DNA of 59,853 nt, counting the filler, from Sphacelaria rigidula (lineage: Eukaryota), in the NCBI GenBank assembly GCA_964200075.2. It is 10 parts of 10 records of this genome, joined end to end, with 100 filler letters (N's around TTAATTAATTAA, not from the genome) between each part and the next. Parts side by side here need not be neighbours in the genome. Positions count along the whole stretch, not along the records: positions 1 to 5,896 come from CAXNAA020023658.1; positions 5,997 to 11,892 come from CAXNAA020023659.1; 8 more parts are not named here. One strand, 5' to 3'. Under the pieces are notes generated by a model. The model made no database searches. It was not told the DNA's origin and saw nothing but the letters and a program-made list of their open reading frames with translations. A program made the translations under genes and the position numbers. Positions 1-11,515 of this stretch are shown piece by piece (the stretch's first letter is position 1; each line of letters opens with the position of its first letter).

Positions 1-1337
1 CCCCCACCCCCCACAATGTTGGGAAAGTTCGTTCACCCTCAGGCGCGCGCCATGTGCAACAAAGAGCGAATGACCCAGGATCAGCTGATATCTGGCAAAC
101 AAAAGTCGTATGGAGAGAGGAAACCGCGAAGAAATGAACCAAACTTGTCGATTTCGACCATCATGTATAGTGTGATGCCACTGAAGAAGGCGGGGAGGTA
201 ATTTGCGCCGTTCTTTTCAACTAAGTTCCACCCCGAACCGCCGTTGAAAGCAGCTACGGTTGTTCGAACAGGCTTGTCACCAATTAGACACGCTCCTTCA
301 TACATCCCACTTGACACCGTTTTCACGCAAGTACAAAGGCACCTTTGAGTAGATAGATCGTCTGACACACCTGTAAGCCCCTGTTTGTCGTGGGATCGAT
401 GACCCCCTCCTCCACCGTACGAGTAGCATGACTCTGAATTTCTCGCTAATTACACACCGACACCAAACCTGCGACAGGTCATGCTGAGGTGCACTACTGT
501 AGCTGTCGATTACTGTAGTTCGAGCCGTAGGCAATGGACCCATCTCCCTAGAACTTGCGCGACAGTGCACCGAGCCGCACGGATTTTTAACGGAAATTCC
601 GCAAATGCGGGGCATTCAAAAAAACATCCCGCCTGCGGGGCATAAATTTGAAACGCTCCCAACTGCCAAAGGTGACTTTCCTGTTGAGTGCATCTCTCTC
701 GCTAGAGTTACCCACCCATCGAACGCCGAGGACGTCGACATTAGCATGGGTCATCGTGGGAATGCTTCTGACATACATCAGGCTCAAACAGTAGGTCTCA
801 GAGCTGTCTGCTTTAACGGTGTTGGGCTGTGAGAAATTAGTTAAGGAAGGGCACAAAAATGTCCACTCTGAGGCTCTGAGTTGGCTTTACGAATAATCGT
901 CGGAACAGTATATTTTAGAACACGCATGACTCAAGTCTACGTAAGAGTCTCGTTCGATCGATATCATTGGTTTCCAGTGAATCAACCAGTCGTCGTACTA
1001 TAGCTGGAGATATCGCAAGTAAACTCTTGCCAACTGTCCCTACTGAACAATGCAGCAGGTATATGCTGCAACGGTACAAAACACCAATGGCAAGGTTGCG
1101 TTCTGTAGGGTATAGCGGCTGAAATTCGAGTACTCACGGAAGAGGTATATATATATATTTTTTTTTTCGCTATAATACCCTTCTATAACATACCAGATTG
1201 ATTGGAACAGGACTGGACACCCTGGCGGACCGTACGGAAATGTTCGGTACATATCTCGGTATGGTTTACTTATAGCACGCCGGCCAAAAATCCCCCGCTT
1301 CCGGATATATCCTGTCTAAACAGAACACAACCAACAA

Positions 1338-1637
1338 CGTGTTCGTGAGACTGAGAGTCTAGGATGCGACTGAGGGTAAGAAGCGCCCATCTAATGTTTC
1401 AGTTCCGAGATGCCCCTCTGGGCCTTTTACGAGGCTCGATACGCTTTCTGTACTGTACAGTAGTAGCTTGCCACTGAAGCGTTTGGCACTCCTGAGTAGA
1501 GGATCGACGCGTAGCTATGAGCACACGGCAGTGTTATGGGCAAAGAAGCACACGCAAAATGAACGATTGGTCGAGTGAGGGCGAACAATAAAGCTCACTC
1601 TCAATCAACGGTAGACTCTCAATCTCACGAGAACACT
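1338..1637. mobile_element. MITE with ~40-bp imperfect TIRs (GTGTT(C/T)TCGTGAGATTGAGAGT family)
   Basis: GTGTTCGTGAGACTGAGAGTCTAGG at ~1339 is the reverse complement of TAGACTCTCAATCTCACGAGAACAC at ~1612-1636. Related ends occur at 3854, 4389, 5516 and 47796. Confidence 0.75.
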
Positions 1638-2419
1638 ACGGACCTCCAAAAGCTGCACTGAAAATTGTCCACCACAGGTTGCTGGTGCTACCGCATAGAG
1701 GTGGCTACACAAGCAAAACAAGAAAAGAAAAAAATGTGAACAACCGGCCAATGAAGTGATGACACGAAAAACAGCTTTGTAACGCGGCGTGAATCAGACG
1801 TTATCCTTCCTCTGTGTGTGTGCGTTTATTGGTGTCATACTCCTCATGCCCACTCTTCTCTCTTTGGGGTTGGCCCGTAATCAGTCTCAAGGGATCACCC
1901 CATGTCTTCCCCGGTACTGTACACGCCCTGCGGTGTCTTCCGTCAAGCATTGGATCATGACCATCAGCGCTCCCTCAGCCCGTCGGCTATATTTTGTTGT
2001 TGTTGTTGCTAGTTCACGTTGTTGCGTGTTCGTTCAACGAAAAGCAACAGAAGGTTCGTAAGGCTGGGCGAGGCAAATAATACTGGTGGGTGTTCCGAAA
2101 CACCGCGTAATCACGGGTATTACAGCAGTCACTCCTCCCTTCCTGCCTGCCTCTCCAGCTTGCCCCGCCGCTCTTCAATGCAAATAATTTCCCTTGAGGA
2201 ATAACAAGAAACAAAGCTTTTCTTCATCTTTCATTCAATTTTTATTTTTATTTTATTTCAGCATTCATTTTTCACAATCACTGTCTATCAGTATTATTTT
2301 TTGAATTCCTGATTTTCAGTTCTGTTATATATATTTCTATTTTTTCCTTTATTTATTAATTTGTGATTTTATTTTTCATTTTTGTGCTTCCCAACCCTTT
2401 CACTGTTGATCAAAAACAG

Positions 2420-2782
2420 GGAACGGACGACGATTCATCCGGAGCGGAACTCATGTCGTTGTCATCATCTTCTCCACCATCAGATGGTGCAAATAACCGA
2501 GCCCTAGGCGGCTTGGAGAGTCATAACCGCGACTCTGATGACGGGGCTCATCATCACGACGACGACATGCACGACACAGCGTACGATAACAACGTGACGG
2601 CGGTCATCGCGGGGCTCGTTGTGGCGGTGGTGCTCCTCGGCGGATTTTTCGGCGTTTGTTTCGCCAGGAAAAAGTCACGCGGCCGTGCCACTGCCAAAGC
2701 GATGAATGATGAGGCGTATGTGGATCATGGACAAGGAACGGTCCATGGTCCGTATGTGGATCATGGGCAGGCAACAGTCTAG
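2420..2782 (+). CDS. Terminal exon of a single-pass (type I-like) membrane protein, family unknown
   Basis: A long pyrimidine tract (~2217-2400) and CAG acceptor at 2417-2419 precede the exon. It encodes a Ser/Asp/His-rich stalk, hydrophobic helix VTAVIAGLVVAVVLLGGFFGVCFA, basic stop-transfer RKKSRGR and a short tail ending in TAG at 2780-2782. Confidence 0.7.
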   Translation, partial: GTDDDSSGAELMSLSSSSPPSDGANNRALGGLESHNRDSDDGAHHHDDDMHDTAYDNNVTAVIAGLVVAVVLLGGFFGVCFARKKSRGRATAKAMNDEAYVDHGQGTVHGPYVDHGQATV

Positions 2783-3853
2783 TCTGGCACCGCTGCATCG
2801 ATCGCCTGGCAGTAGTGCCATGCTTGGTACTATTCATAGTAGGTGCTTTGCAAGGGCACGGAGACTATAGGAACATGATTCTGGTTTTGATGGGAAATGA
2901 CAAGAATTGTCGGATACTGGTATGTGATGATGTTGATTTTTCGCAACATTTTTTTCAATACGCACGTGATCCAAGGAACTCTAACCGCCCCCGTCAATGA
3001 AAGTATCAGCGAGAGCCCCTGGAAGTAAATCGGGCTGCAAAAGTGGTGGTGAGCAGGTCTTCGTAAGCTGAATACAGTTCGGTACAGTTGGTGTATCTCT
3101 TGCAGTGACAGTGTAGGAGTCAAACAACATCCCACAGGCGCAACTGTGGTGGCCTACTCTTCCATTATAGCAGTAGAGTTGAGATTGGCTGTGATGAGAT
3201 CCAAAGGTTATGACTTTGGCTTGGGGATTGTATTGTTTTCTGTGTTCGGTTGTAATTGTAGAAGCGGTAGTTTGTTTGTCTTGGCTGTTTTAGCTGTTTT
3301 TTCCATCTTAAGTTTCTTCCCGAGGTATAGTTTCAAGATCGTCGGGATAGAGGTTGATGAGCAGTGGTGGTGCCGATGGGACGATGGTGATGCAAATCCA
3401 TCGACTCCGCCTGAGTAAAGTACAAGTAAAACAAGGGTATATTTCGTATAAATTGGATTCAAGGGCTTCCTGTTTTTTTAGTTCTTGTCGCCTTCACAAA
3501 TCCATCAGCTCTGCGAAAGTTCGACGAAGAGTACTAAAAGTGGTATATATTTTTGGGAGTTTGTCTGCTGTTCGTCCGTTTGTCCCCTTGTTATTGTTTT
3601 CTGTCGCCGGCATGAATCAAACAGCATTCGGGCGATGTACGTATATATTATACATGTAGTATTTATCACACCCTTCCTTGCCCCAAACACTTCGGTTGTT
3701 GCCGCATGAACGAATCAGACCATCACATTTGGCCTGGTGAGGAACATCCACTGACGAGGAAAACGTTCGTGTGGAGAACCCCGCATGAGCATTTCTTCAC
3801 TTCTTCGATTCTCCCCCAGAGTGGAACGCCGCGAAGAAATAATGCATAACAAC

Positions 3854-4389
3854 ATATTCGTGAGATTCAGAGCGTAATGTCGGATTCAGAGTGGATGCTC
3901 TAACGTTCCTTACATACTTTTTTGTTTTGTTTGTTATGCTTGAGCATACGCCCCTTGCATGCAGCTACCGTTCAGTGCCCCATTCTAGGAATTCGGCGGT
4001 CTGGTTGGTGAAATACCGCACAAAGCATTTTTACGCCTGGGGGAGCATTTCGGGACTGAAACTGTTTCAGGCACTAATCGCTTTTTCTGAAAGAAGGGAT
4101 CGATTGTTGCAATGGACTGACTACGTTGTTGCGATCAAGTGATGTGTCAAATTGATCGTGTAGGTGACAGCTTTCACTGAAGTCACCGCTTCACCAGTTG
4201 GGGTCATTTCTCCTCGAACTGTGGTGATGTCAAAATCGACGGGGAAGTCGATTGTTTCGGGTCTCACTCTGAGCTTCACCAGTTGGGGTCATTTCTCCTC
4301 GAACTGTGGTGATGTCAAAATCGACGGGGAAGTCGATTGTTTCGGGTCTCACTCTGAATCCGATGTTACACTCTGAATCTCACGAATAT
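3854..4389. mobile_element. MITE / non-autonomous TIR element with 40-bp TIRs
   Basis: ATATTCGTGAGATTCAGAGCGTAATGTCGGATTCAGAGTG (3854-3893) pairs with 4350-4389 with about 3 mismatches. The TIR core is shared with the 1338-1637 element. Confidence 0.8.
4188..4357 (+). repeat. Exact 85-bp tandem duplication
   Basis: 4188-4272 and 4273-4357 are identical (GCTTCACCAGTTGGGG...TCTCACTCTGA). Confidence 0.95.
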
Positions 4390-5045
4390 AGTGTTACATG
4401 TAACGTTTCCCCCGACCTACGACAGCACGTCAAGATATCGTCAGTTGGTGAATCGGAGGTCGGGTAGGGGTGGAGTGTGTGCAACAAGGAGGCTCGTATA
4501 TCCCGAAGTACACAATGGGCTGGACGACTCGATGTACATGCTCATGAGTTGTTGAGGGGGGAGGGAGGACAGGGAAGGCGGAGACGGAGCGGGAGGGGGT
4601 TGCCAACTGCAAAGTAGTTCGAGTTGTCCTTTTGCACGTTCTACATTCTTCTTTCCTGAACTGATGTCTAGTACAGTATACTCTACAGTGGTCCTGTTTT
4701 GTTGTTAGAGCTTATGTTGTGCCACGCGCCCTCACACCGTCCGTCGGGTCTGGCCTCACAGAAGAGCGCCCGCGTCGAGCAACTGGAATGATGTTGACGG
4801 AATACAAGAGCGTTCACGGCGTGCGCTTCCAAGTAAGCAACGTAGAAACACCTCCTACACCCGACGTCAATACGATGCTGCGATCGTCGGTTGCGTACGT
4901 GCGTTGTGTTTTGGAAATGTATCTACTTTTTTTTTTTTGCATCTGTGCGCATGATGATATTTGGTGATCTGTTGAGGTAAAGTTACTGGCCTTGCAGAGT
5001 AAGGGACGCCTATATATCCTTGTTTGTCGAGATCGGCCGTATGCA

Positions 5046-5478
5046 AGAGATTATCTTCATAGATGAGGTTGAAAGCTATAATAATATTCAACTCCAAAAC
5101 AGTGCTTTCTCCCTGAGCTAAAGTCGTGACAAATGGCTTTCATATAGACGACCTCATATCCCTCGACCTCCCTGAAAACGTTTTTTGGGGGCTTCCGGTC
5201 TTTTGTTCCCCCGAAGAGTGTGGGCGACAACACCATTTTCGGGTTAGGAGCGTCCCTGTTTTTACCCCGAACTCGAGGCAAAAAGGTGCTTTTGCACATT
5301 ACCTTTGGGGGAACCGACGACGGGGAACTCCCAAAAGTACTTTCGAACGTCAGGGGGCATGATGCCATCCATGTACTCGTCGTTTGTCACGATTTCAGGC
5401 AAGGGGGAAAGCACTGTTCTGTTGTTGTGGAGTTGAAACTGATATTAACGTTCAACCTCCCTTTCGAAGAGACTCTCT
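5046..5478. mobile_element. Foldback/MITE with ~90-bp degenerate inverted arms
   Basis: GAGGTTGAA...TTCAACTCC...AACAGTGCTTTC...AAGTCGTGACAAA (5064-5133) mirrors TTTGTCACGATTT...GAAAGCACTGTT...GGAGTTGAA...TTCAACCTC (5383-5459). Confidence 0.7.
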
Positions 5479-5896
5479 TAGTGACGATGCGTTCTCCTGC
5501 TCTTCATGTTTAACCGTATTTTCGTGAGATTGAGAGTCTACGATACGATTGGGAGTAGGCTTTTCATGGCTTCCAGCGGCCGGTTGTGCCTGCATCATTA
5601 ATGGACAAAACGCTTACCTCGCACATTGAAACAATGTTTCCGTGAAATTGAGCGTTGAAAGTACGATAGAGAGTAAGGTGTTGTTCACAACATGACTCGC
5701 GTCGCCGGTCCCGATAATGAGACGAAAAGTTTACATGTGTAGCATGTTGAACATTCCTGCCACCCGTTGCCTGAATGGGATGGCAGAATAATGATGAAAA
5801 ATGTTGCGCGCTGGCCCACAGGTCGCATTTGTGGAAACATGCACCGTTCAAGGTGTCTCCAAAGTAGTGTGAGTCGTGCGGTTCGAGTAAAAGATA

Positions 5897-5996
5897 NNNN
5901 NNNNNNNNNNNNNNNNNNNNNNNNNNNNNNNNNNNNNNNNTTAATTAATTAANNNNNNNNNNNNNNNNNNNNNNNNNNNNNNNNNNNNNNNNNNNN
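5897..5996. other. Artificial contig linker (N44-TTAATTAATTAA-N44); repeated at 11893, 17889, 23884, 29879, 35874, 41869, 47864 and 53859
   Basis: Nine identical 100-nt spacers carry a stop-in-all-frames 12-mer. The segments between them are 5896 or 5895 bp in descending order, as expected for length-sorted concatenated contigs. Confidence 0.99.
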
Positions 5997-6517
5997 ATCA
6001 GGATGTAGCTCACCCTTCATGCGACTCGCCGAACACACCACGGCGCCTTCGCGCTTGGTGGTTGAGTGCGAGCCTGGTCCGGCGAAAACTCGGCGTGCTC
6101 CGTCCCGGCTTTGTACTGTAGGGATGCGAGGTCAATGGTCTTATGACTATGGCATGCATGATCATGAGTATACCTCCTCGGGACGGGCCCATCGTATCAC
6201 GGGATTAATTCGTGTCTCCCCCGGTGCATGGATAGATGGTGCCCACAGGTTTCGAAACGGAACGGGGATAATATATGAAAAAGGTTCTTGTGTGATGTAT
6301 GGAAAAAGCATGTTGAGTACCGAAAGGTTGGAGGTGTCTCTTTCGGGAGTAGGAACAGTTCTCCGTCTCGAAAGGGGTGCGTAGTCAACGACCAAACGAC
6401 TAAGGCAAGAAACAAATGAGTACGCCTCCCCCGCCCCCGGCTCCGTCTCGAAAGGGATGCGTGGTCAATGATCAAATGACTGGGACGAACAAGAAATGCG
6501 TACGCGCGCCCCCCCCT
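5997..6517 (+). repeat. Head-to-tail chain of a high-copy dispersed repeat (subfamilies A and B, each ending ATGAGTA(C)+C-rich run)
   Basis: The A end GGGATGCGAGGTCAATGGTCTTATGACTATGGCATGCATGATCATGAGTA lies at 6121-6170. B ends of type CTCCGTCTCGAAAGGGATGCGTGGTCAATG...AAATGAGTAC lie at 6361-6423 and 6441-6503. Further copies are at 11825, 13892, 19770-19965, 24044, 42054, 47964 and 57522. Confidence 0.9.
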
Positions 6518-7431
6518 CGGTGCGTATGCCAGATATTTCGGTATCGCGAATAAAGTCAGTATTCCCACACCGCGTCGACTTCGTTCAAATTCTGTTTTCT
6601 ACTAGCGTCCTCACGCTTTCAATACCTGGAAGCAGATACCCCGAGGTAAAAAAAAAGAAGAAGTAATCTACCGGAAATCCAACCCTCAACGTTTCGCTCT
6701 CACTTATTACGAAGATGTACCAATAAGACCACTGGGGTGCGGCGGACCTTGTTCATACAGGGAGGGGAGCGTACACCATCGTGGCCCACGACGATCGCCA
6801 AACGCAACTCTGTATCCGTCTCACTCTTGCTGACTGTTTCACACCCTGAATGATGACAAAATACTCTATTGTAGAAAAATGTACTGCGTACAGTATGGAA
6901 TCTATCGTCTGCTGCAATAGGCGCAATAGTCTATACTGGGCACAAAACATTTTTTGACAGTGTATTCTATTGTCCAGGTTGTGCTGTACTTTGACGGTGA
7001 ATGAACTCGTTTTGTTCATCTTCATCCTCTCCATGTTTGCTCAGTCCCTCCCAGCCGGAGTAAACTTAAACCTACCGTGTGTGAAGCAGTGATGAAAAAA
7101 AAATGCCGTCTGTAGCCGTTTTAGAACTGGAAAATGACACACGAAAAAGTGAAAAGTAAAATCATGTCAAGACACCCCTCGAGCAATAATTTTTTCTGGG
7201 GCCCAGCAATCGATATCCCGCGATATTATTATCCGTTGTAGGTAACAGTGGTGCACAATACGTACCCCGGATGATGACTGTAGGCACCGGTATGGCGCTA
7301 ACGATGGGCGAAAACACATCACCACAGCGGGTGTTATTGAGCATATAGACCTTGTGTTGTTTCTCACATGGAAATTCAACTCTACTGATAGGCTCCCCCT
7401 TGCCCTCTCACGCCGTTATTTTATTTTCCAG

Positions 7432-7599
7432 AAAGTGAAAGATCGAAAGCTGAAACGAGGGTTAACGCGAACGGAGAGAAAGTTTGAAGACGCCGCGCAC
7501 AGCGCCGCCGTGGCAGAGCTGCTGTTGCCCGAGGAGGCAGGTTACCTGGAGGCAGAAGGAATGGAAGAGACGTTCAAGTTTTCGCAGAATGAAATAAAG
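7432..7599 (+). CDS. UTP7: WD-repeat SSU processome protein UTP7/WDR46 (BING4), internal exon
   Basis: CAG acceptor and GTACGT donor, both phase 0. Encodes KVKDRKLKRGL...AELLLPEEAGYLEAEGMEETFKFSQNEIK, the typical Utp7/WDR46 motif LLxEExGxLExE...TxKxxQxEI. Confidence 0.93.
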
Positions 7600-8791
7600 G
7601 TACGTCTTTGTTTTGCATATGAGATGTGTTCCAGAGGCATTCCTCTCCGCGTTTTTTTTTCTGTCACTGCTAACCCCTCCCCTTCCTCGGAACGAGTCCG
7701 TGGTCTCAAGGGATGGAGCCATCTCTCTCCCGGTACACGCCTCGTTACATTTTGGAATCATGAATTGGACCATGACCAGCACTCCCGCACAGGTTCGACT
7801 CCCGTCTGACGGGTTCAGTCACACAGGCTCTTTTTTGCTAGTCAAGTCCTCCCATTTCCAAGGACGGAAACCCGAAATTTTTTATTGAAAAAAAATTGCC
7901 GAACTAGACGCATCTGGCGGAATCGAACCCGCGCTTTGTTCAACCTAATGTTGTCCGCTGTACCATTTTAATTCACACCACCCGTGCGCAGCGGCAACAT
8001 TGCGTGTAGTTGACAGCGTTTCTATCCATCGTGGGGCAGTAGCTTTGAAGAAAAGCATGTTTTAGGCGATGTAAATGCTGTTTTTTTGCTCTTGCACGGA
8101 TCCAGAGCCTTGACCATACGGTGGGAATCCCTTTACAATGCGGTCCTCAAAAGTGCGGAGTCCCGCCACAGTTCCGTCGAAATTACTTGTCACAAGTGCG
8201 ATCCGCTATAGTGGTATCAAGTAGGTGCACTGTACTATACTGGTATAATGCAGGGTGGCCACATCGTGCTGTAATGCTGGGTCGGCGACTCACCGCACTA
8301 TGCCGGGATCCCCACGGCACATGTAACGACGACAACATGTATTATGATGGAAGCCTTGAAGGCGATCGCCTTATTTTTCCATTTTCTTCTTTGCCGGAGG
8401 GCGGTGGCAAACGAATACCTGTACAGCTCGTTGAATAGCTCCGGCTTTTTTCACATGCTGGGAAGATGTGGTGAAAAGAGTAGCAGAGAGTTTTTGGCAT
8501 ATGCGCTATCTGTCAGTCTCGTTACGTGGAATAACAAGTGCGCCTCCTGTTTCCTCGGGTGTGCGTTTACCCCGCACCCACTTTTGTATCCGCTTGTCAT
8601 TAATGGACACTTCCAGACTGGCGTGCGGAGACTTGATGACGTTGAAGTTTTAACACACACACATACACTAGAGTACGACACCTGGAAGTATAACGAACGC
8701 ACTCTAGAGTATGACATTAAATTATGACACAAACACGTCCCGATACACTTTTTTACGTCGACCTCTCGGTTGCGACGCTTCTGTACGACAG

Positions 8792-8956
8792 CAAGCGGTG
8801 GATGTAAACACGGCCAGGGAGATATTCGACCTGTCCTTGCCGGATCTTGGACCGTACGCGATCGACTACACCAAAAACGGCCGATTCCTTCTGCTGGGGG
8901 GCCGAAAGGGACACCTGGCGCTTCTGGATGCACTCCGAATGGACGTGCAGATGGAG
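8792..8956 (+). CDS. UTP7: UTP7/WDR46 internal exon
   Basis: CAG acceptor and GTACGA donor. Encodes QAVDVNTAREIFDLSLPDLGPYAIDYTKNGRFLLLGGRKGHLALLD, matching the conserved FDLxLxxxGPYxxDYxxNGRxLLLGGRKGH motif. Confidence 0.96.
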
Positions 8957-10164
8957 GTACGATGCGTCGTGCGCACGGTACAACGCTCCCTTCACTTCTT
9001 TTTTTTGCGGCAGGAAGCAAAACAAGTGAAGAAAAGAGAAAATTAATAGTAGTATACGACCGCAATCACATGCCCTGTGTACCGCTTCGTTGCACGGGCG
9101 TCACATGTTGCATACAGCCCGCATGTACAACACGAGGTATACGGGTGCCGGTGTGGGCATGTCGAGTCTGATTCGTTACGGGTGTTCAACCGCATCATTA
9201 TTTGATATGGGCGTGCGATGTTGAGAAGAATCTTGCGTGGCAAAACCCACGCCGCCGTGGCTCGCTCGTAGCTGTGAGAATGCCATTTATGCTCCGGCTG
9301 TTGTCTCTCACGTGCTCACGTCGGTACGTGCGTGCAAATCAAACTAGTTCCACCCCCAGCCCCCAACTCTCGATTCGAGCAACCGGCATAGCGGTGCTGT
9401 CGACTGATTGATTTCGATTGGTTGGTTGGTTCGTTGTCTCACATTAGCTGCTCCCGCAGGAATGCAGTCGGGGTCACAGGAATGACGCACCCAACGTGTG
9501 CGTGTCGAATATTGCATGAAACTGTGACCCTCGACGTTTTCTGTAACGCAAAACATTTCAGCAGTTTTGGGTCTGTAATGCTGCGATAGTCACAAAGGCA
9601 CCGTACAGGGCAGTACAGGTAGGTACAAGAGAAGAGAAAGAACCCGGCCACAATTATAGCCAGGCAACAAATGTCAACAGTAATCGGTACAATACTCTGT
9701 CGTGGTTTATAAAGGCATTTGCCGCAGTGTCCATCTTCTTCTCCTGTGTAGGGCACAGGAGAGTGCAGATGATGGAGCAGCAGGTCGTACTTCATATACA
9801 AGACTTGACAAGACATACTACATATCGTCAGGCTACTTATTATGTATCGGAAAAACTCTATCAGGAAACGCGTTTTCTGATAGAATTTTTTCTGATAACA
9901 TTTTCCGATAGCTCAACGTTATCAGAAAATCCTGATTTTCTGATAACCTTGGGCTATCGATCAACGTTATTGAAAAAGCGTTTGAACCTCGTTTTAACAC
10001 GTTTGAATACACATTACAGCCCGCTACAGCACCTGTGATGGCTTGGCTGCCATCACCACCAATGCTGTCGCCGGTGCTCGCGGGCATTCAGCGTGTTGCA
10101 TCATTGCCCTTCGCTCGCCAGTAGCGTGGTGGCACTTTACCCCATGAGAACAGCAGAGGGCAGA

Positions 10165-10845
10165 GTCGATGACGACTGCTGTACAGACAGGACAGTCTAT
10201 GCTGTATGTCGTCCGTACAATATTGTAGCTCAGTTCATGTCCGTGCACGCAGCATGTTGCGAAGAGCCGTCGCAATGCTTTACAGACTGCCCACGCACCC
10301 AAGCCTTGTAGAGACAGGACCGAACTGACAGTACACACAAGACAATTGAGATAGGTAGTGCTACTACTGTAGTACATCCAACGCATACAACACAACAGTG
10401 GTGTCTGTACTGGTGTCTGTGGTGCCCGTACAGCCGAGTACTACAGTGCAGCGAACTTGCAGCTCAGTTGAGGTCTGTGCATGCAGCTTGTTGCGAACAG
10501 ACGTCGCTTTGCAGTACAGACTGCCCACGCATCCAAGCCTTGTAAATACAGGGCCATACTGACGGTACACACAAGACGATGAGTAGTGCTACTGTTGTAG
10601 TACTACAACCGATGCATGCAATACAGCACTCTTGTGTGTACTGTTGTCTGTGCTGTCATTTCAGTCAAGTACTACAGTACCGTACAGTGAAAAGCACAAC
10701 CGTCACTTCTACAGTCAGTTGGTACAGCAAGGCCGTACTCGCATTCTCATTGATGGCCTTGCGTCACGCAGCCCACCATATGTTGCTCAGGCAATGTATC
10801 ACAGAAGTACAGCCAGTCAGTACGGACCGTACACCACGACAGGGC
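10165..10845. repeat. Degenerate intronic repeat with direct and inverted modules
   Basis: TACAGACTGCCCACGCA(C/T)CCAAGCCTTGTA...CTGAC(A/G)GTACACACAAGAC occurs at ~10281 and ~10515. Reverse-complement fragments lie near 10630-10830. Confidence 0.6.
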
Positions 10846-11407
10846 AACAGAGTGCTGCGTCTCTCTCGCGCGCCCCAGAATTTGAAATTATGCCTGCACA
10901 CCTCATAGAAAACGATGAACACTGCGCTTTCAATGCTGATGGTGCGTCGATCACGTAAGAAGAGCTACTTTGAAAAATTCTGTTGGAAAACGTGTTGTTG
11001 AAAAAAGGCTTTTTGTAATAACGTGTTTTTTTATACATGGGAAGTAGCCTCAAGGCAGGACAGACACATGTTTTATGTAGTAGCACCTTCGAAATTATGA
11101 AGCAGTGAAGGAGCATCAGCAAGGAGTTGAGTGCCGTGGATATGAGTCATGAGTCACGAGTGACTGGTCGAGACTTTTTAGTGAGCGTTTGGACAGCAAG
11201 AAAATTTGAAATTTGAATATTACCTCACGCCCCCGATATTGTCCTCCTCTTGTCAAAAACAAAATAAAACAACGAAAAAGCCCATCCTAGTTCATCCACC
11301 CCAACTACACACATATATTGTGCTTGTTGCCCTATTAGTATTTGTATGCAATCCTTTTCCCATTTTTTATCGATACTTATCCGCTGTCCTCTGGTGCTCC
11401 CCAACAG

Positions 11408-11515
11408 ATTCAGCTGGGAGAAACCATCCGAGATGTGAAGACACTGCACAACGAGAACCTGGTGGCGGTAGCCCAGAAAAAATACGTCTACATCTACGAC
11501 AGCTCTGGCGCCGAG
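11408..11515 (+). CDS. UTP7: UTP7/WDR46 internal exon
   Basis: CAG acceptor and GTGAAC donor. Encodes IQLGETIRDVKTLHNENLVAVAQKKYVYIYDSSGAE (conserved LHNE..AVAQKKYVYIYD..G.E). The gene is truncated at both contig ends. Confidence 0.95.

Noticed and set aside
8451..9171. Overlapping 204-aa and 133-aa ORFs
   Set aside because: These are shadow or alternative frames over the UTP7 exon and intron sequence.
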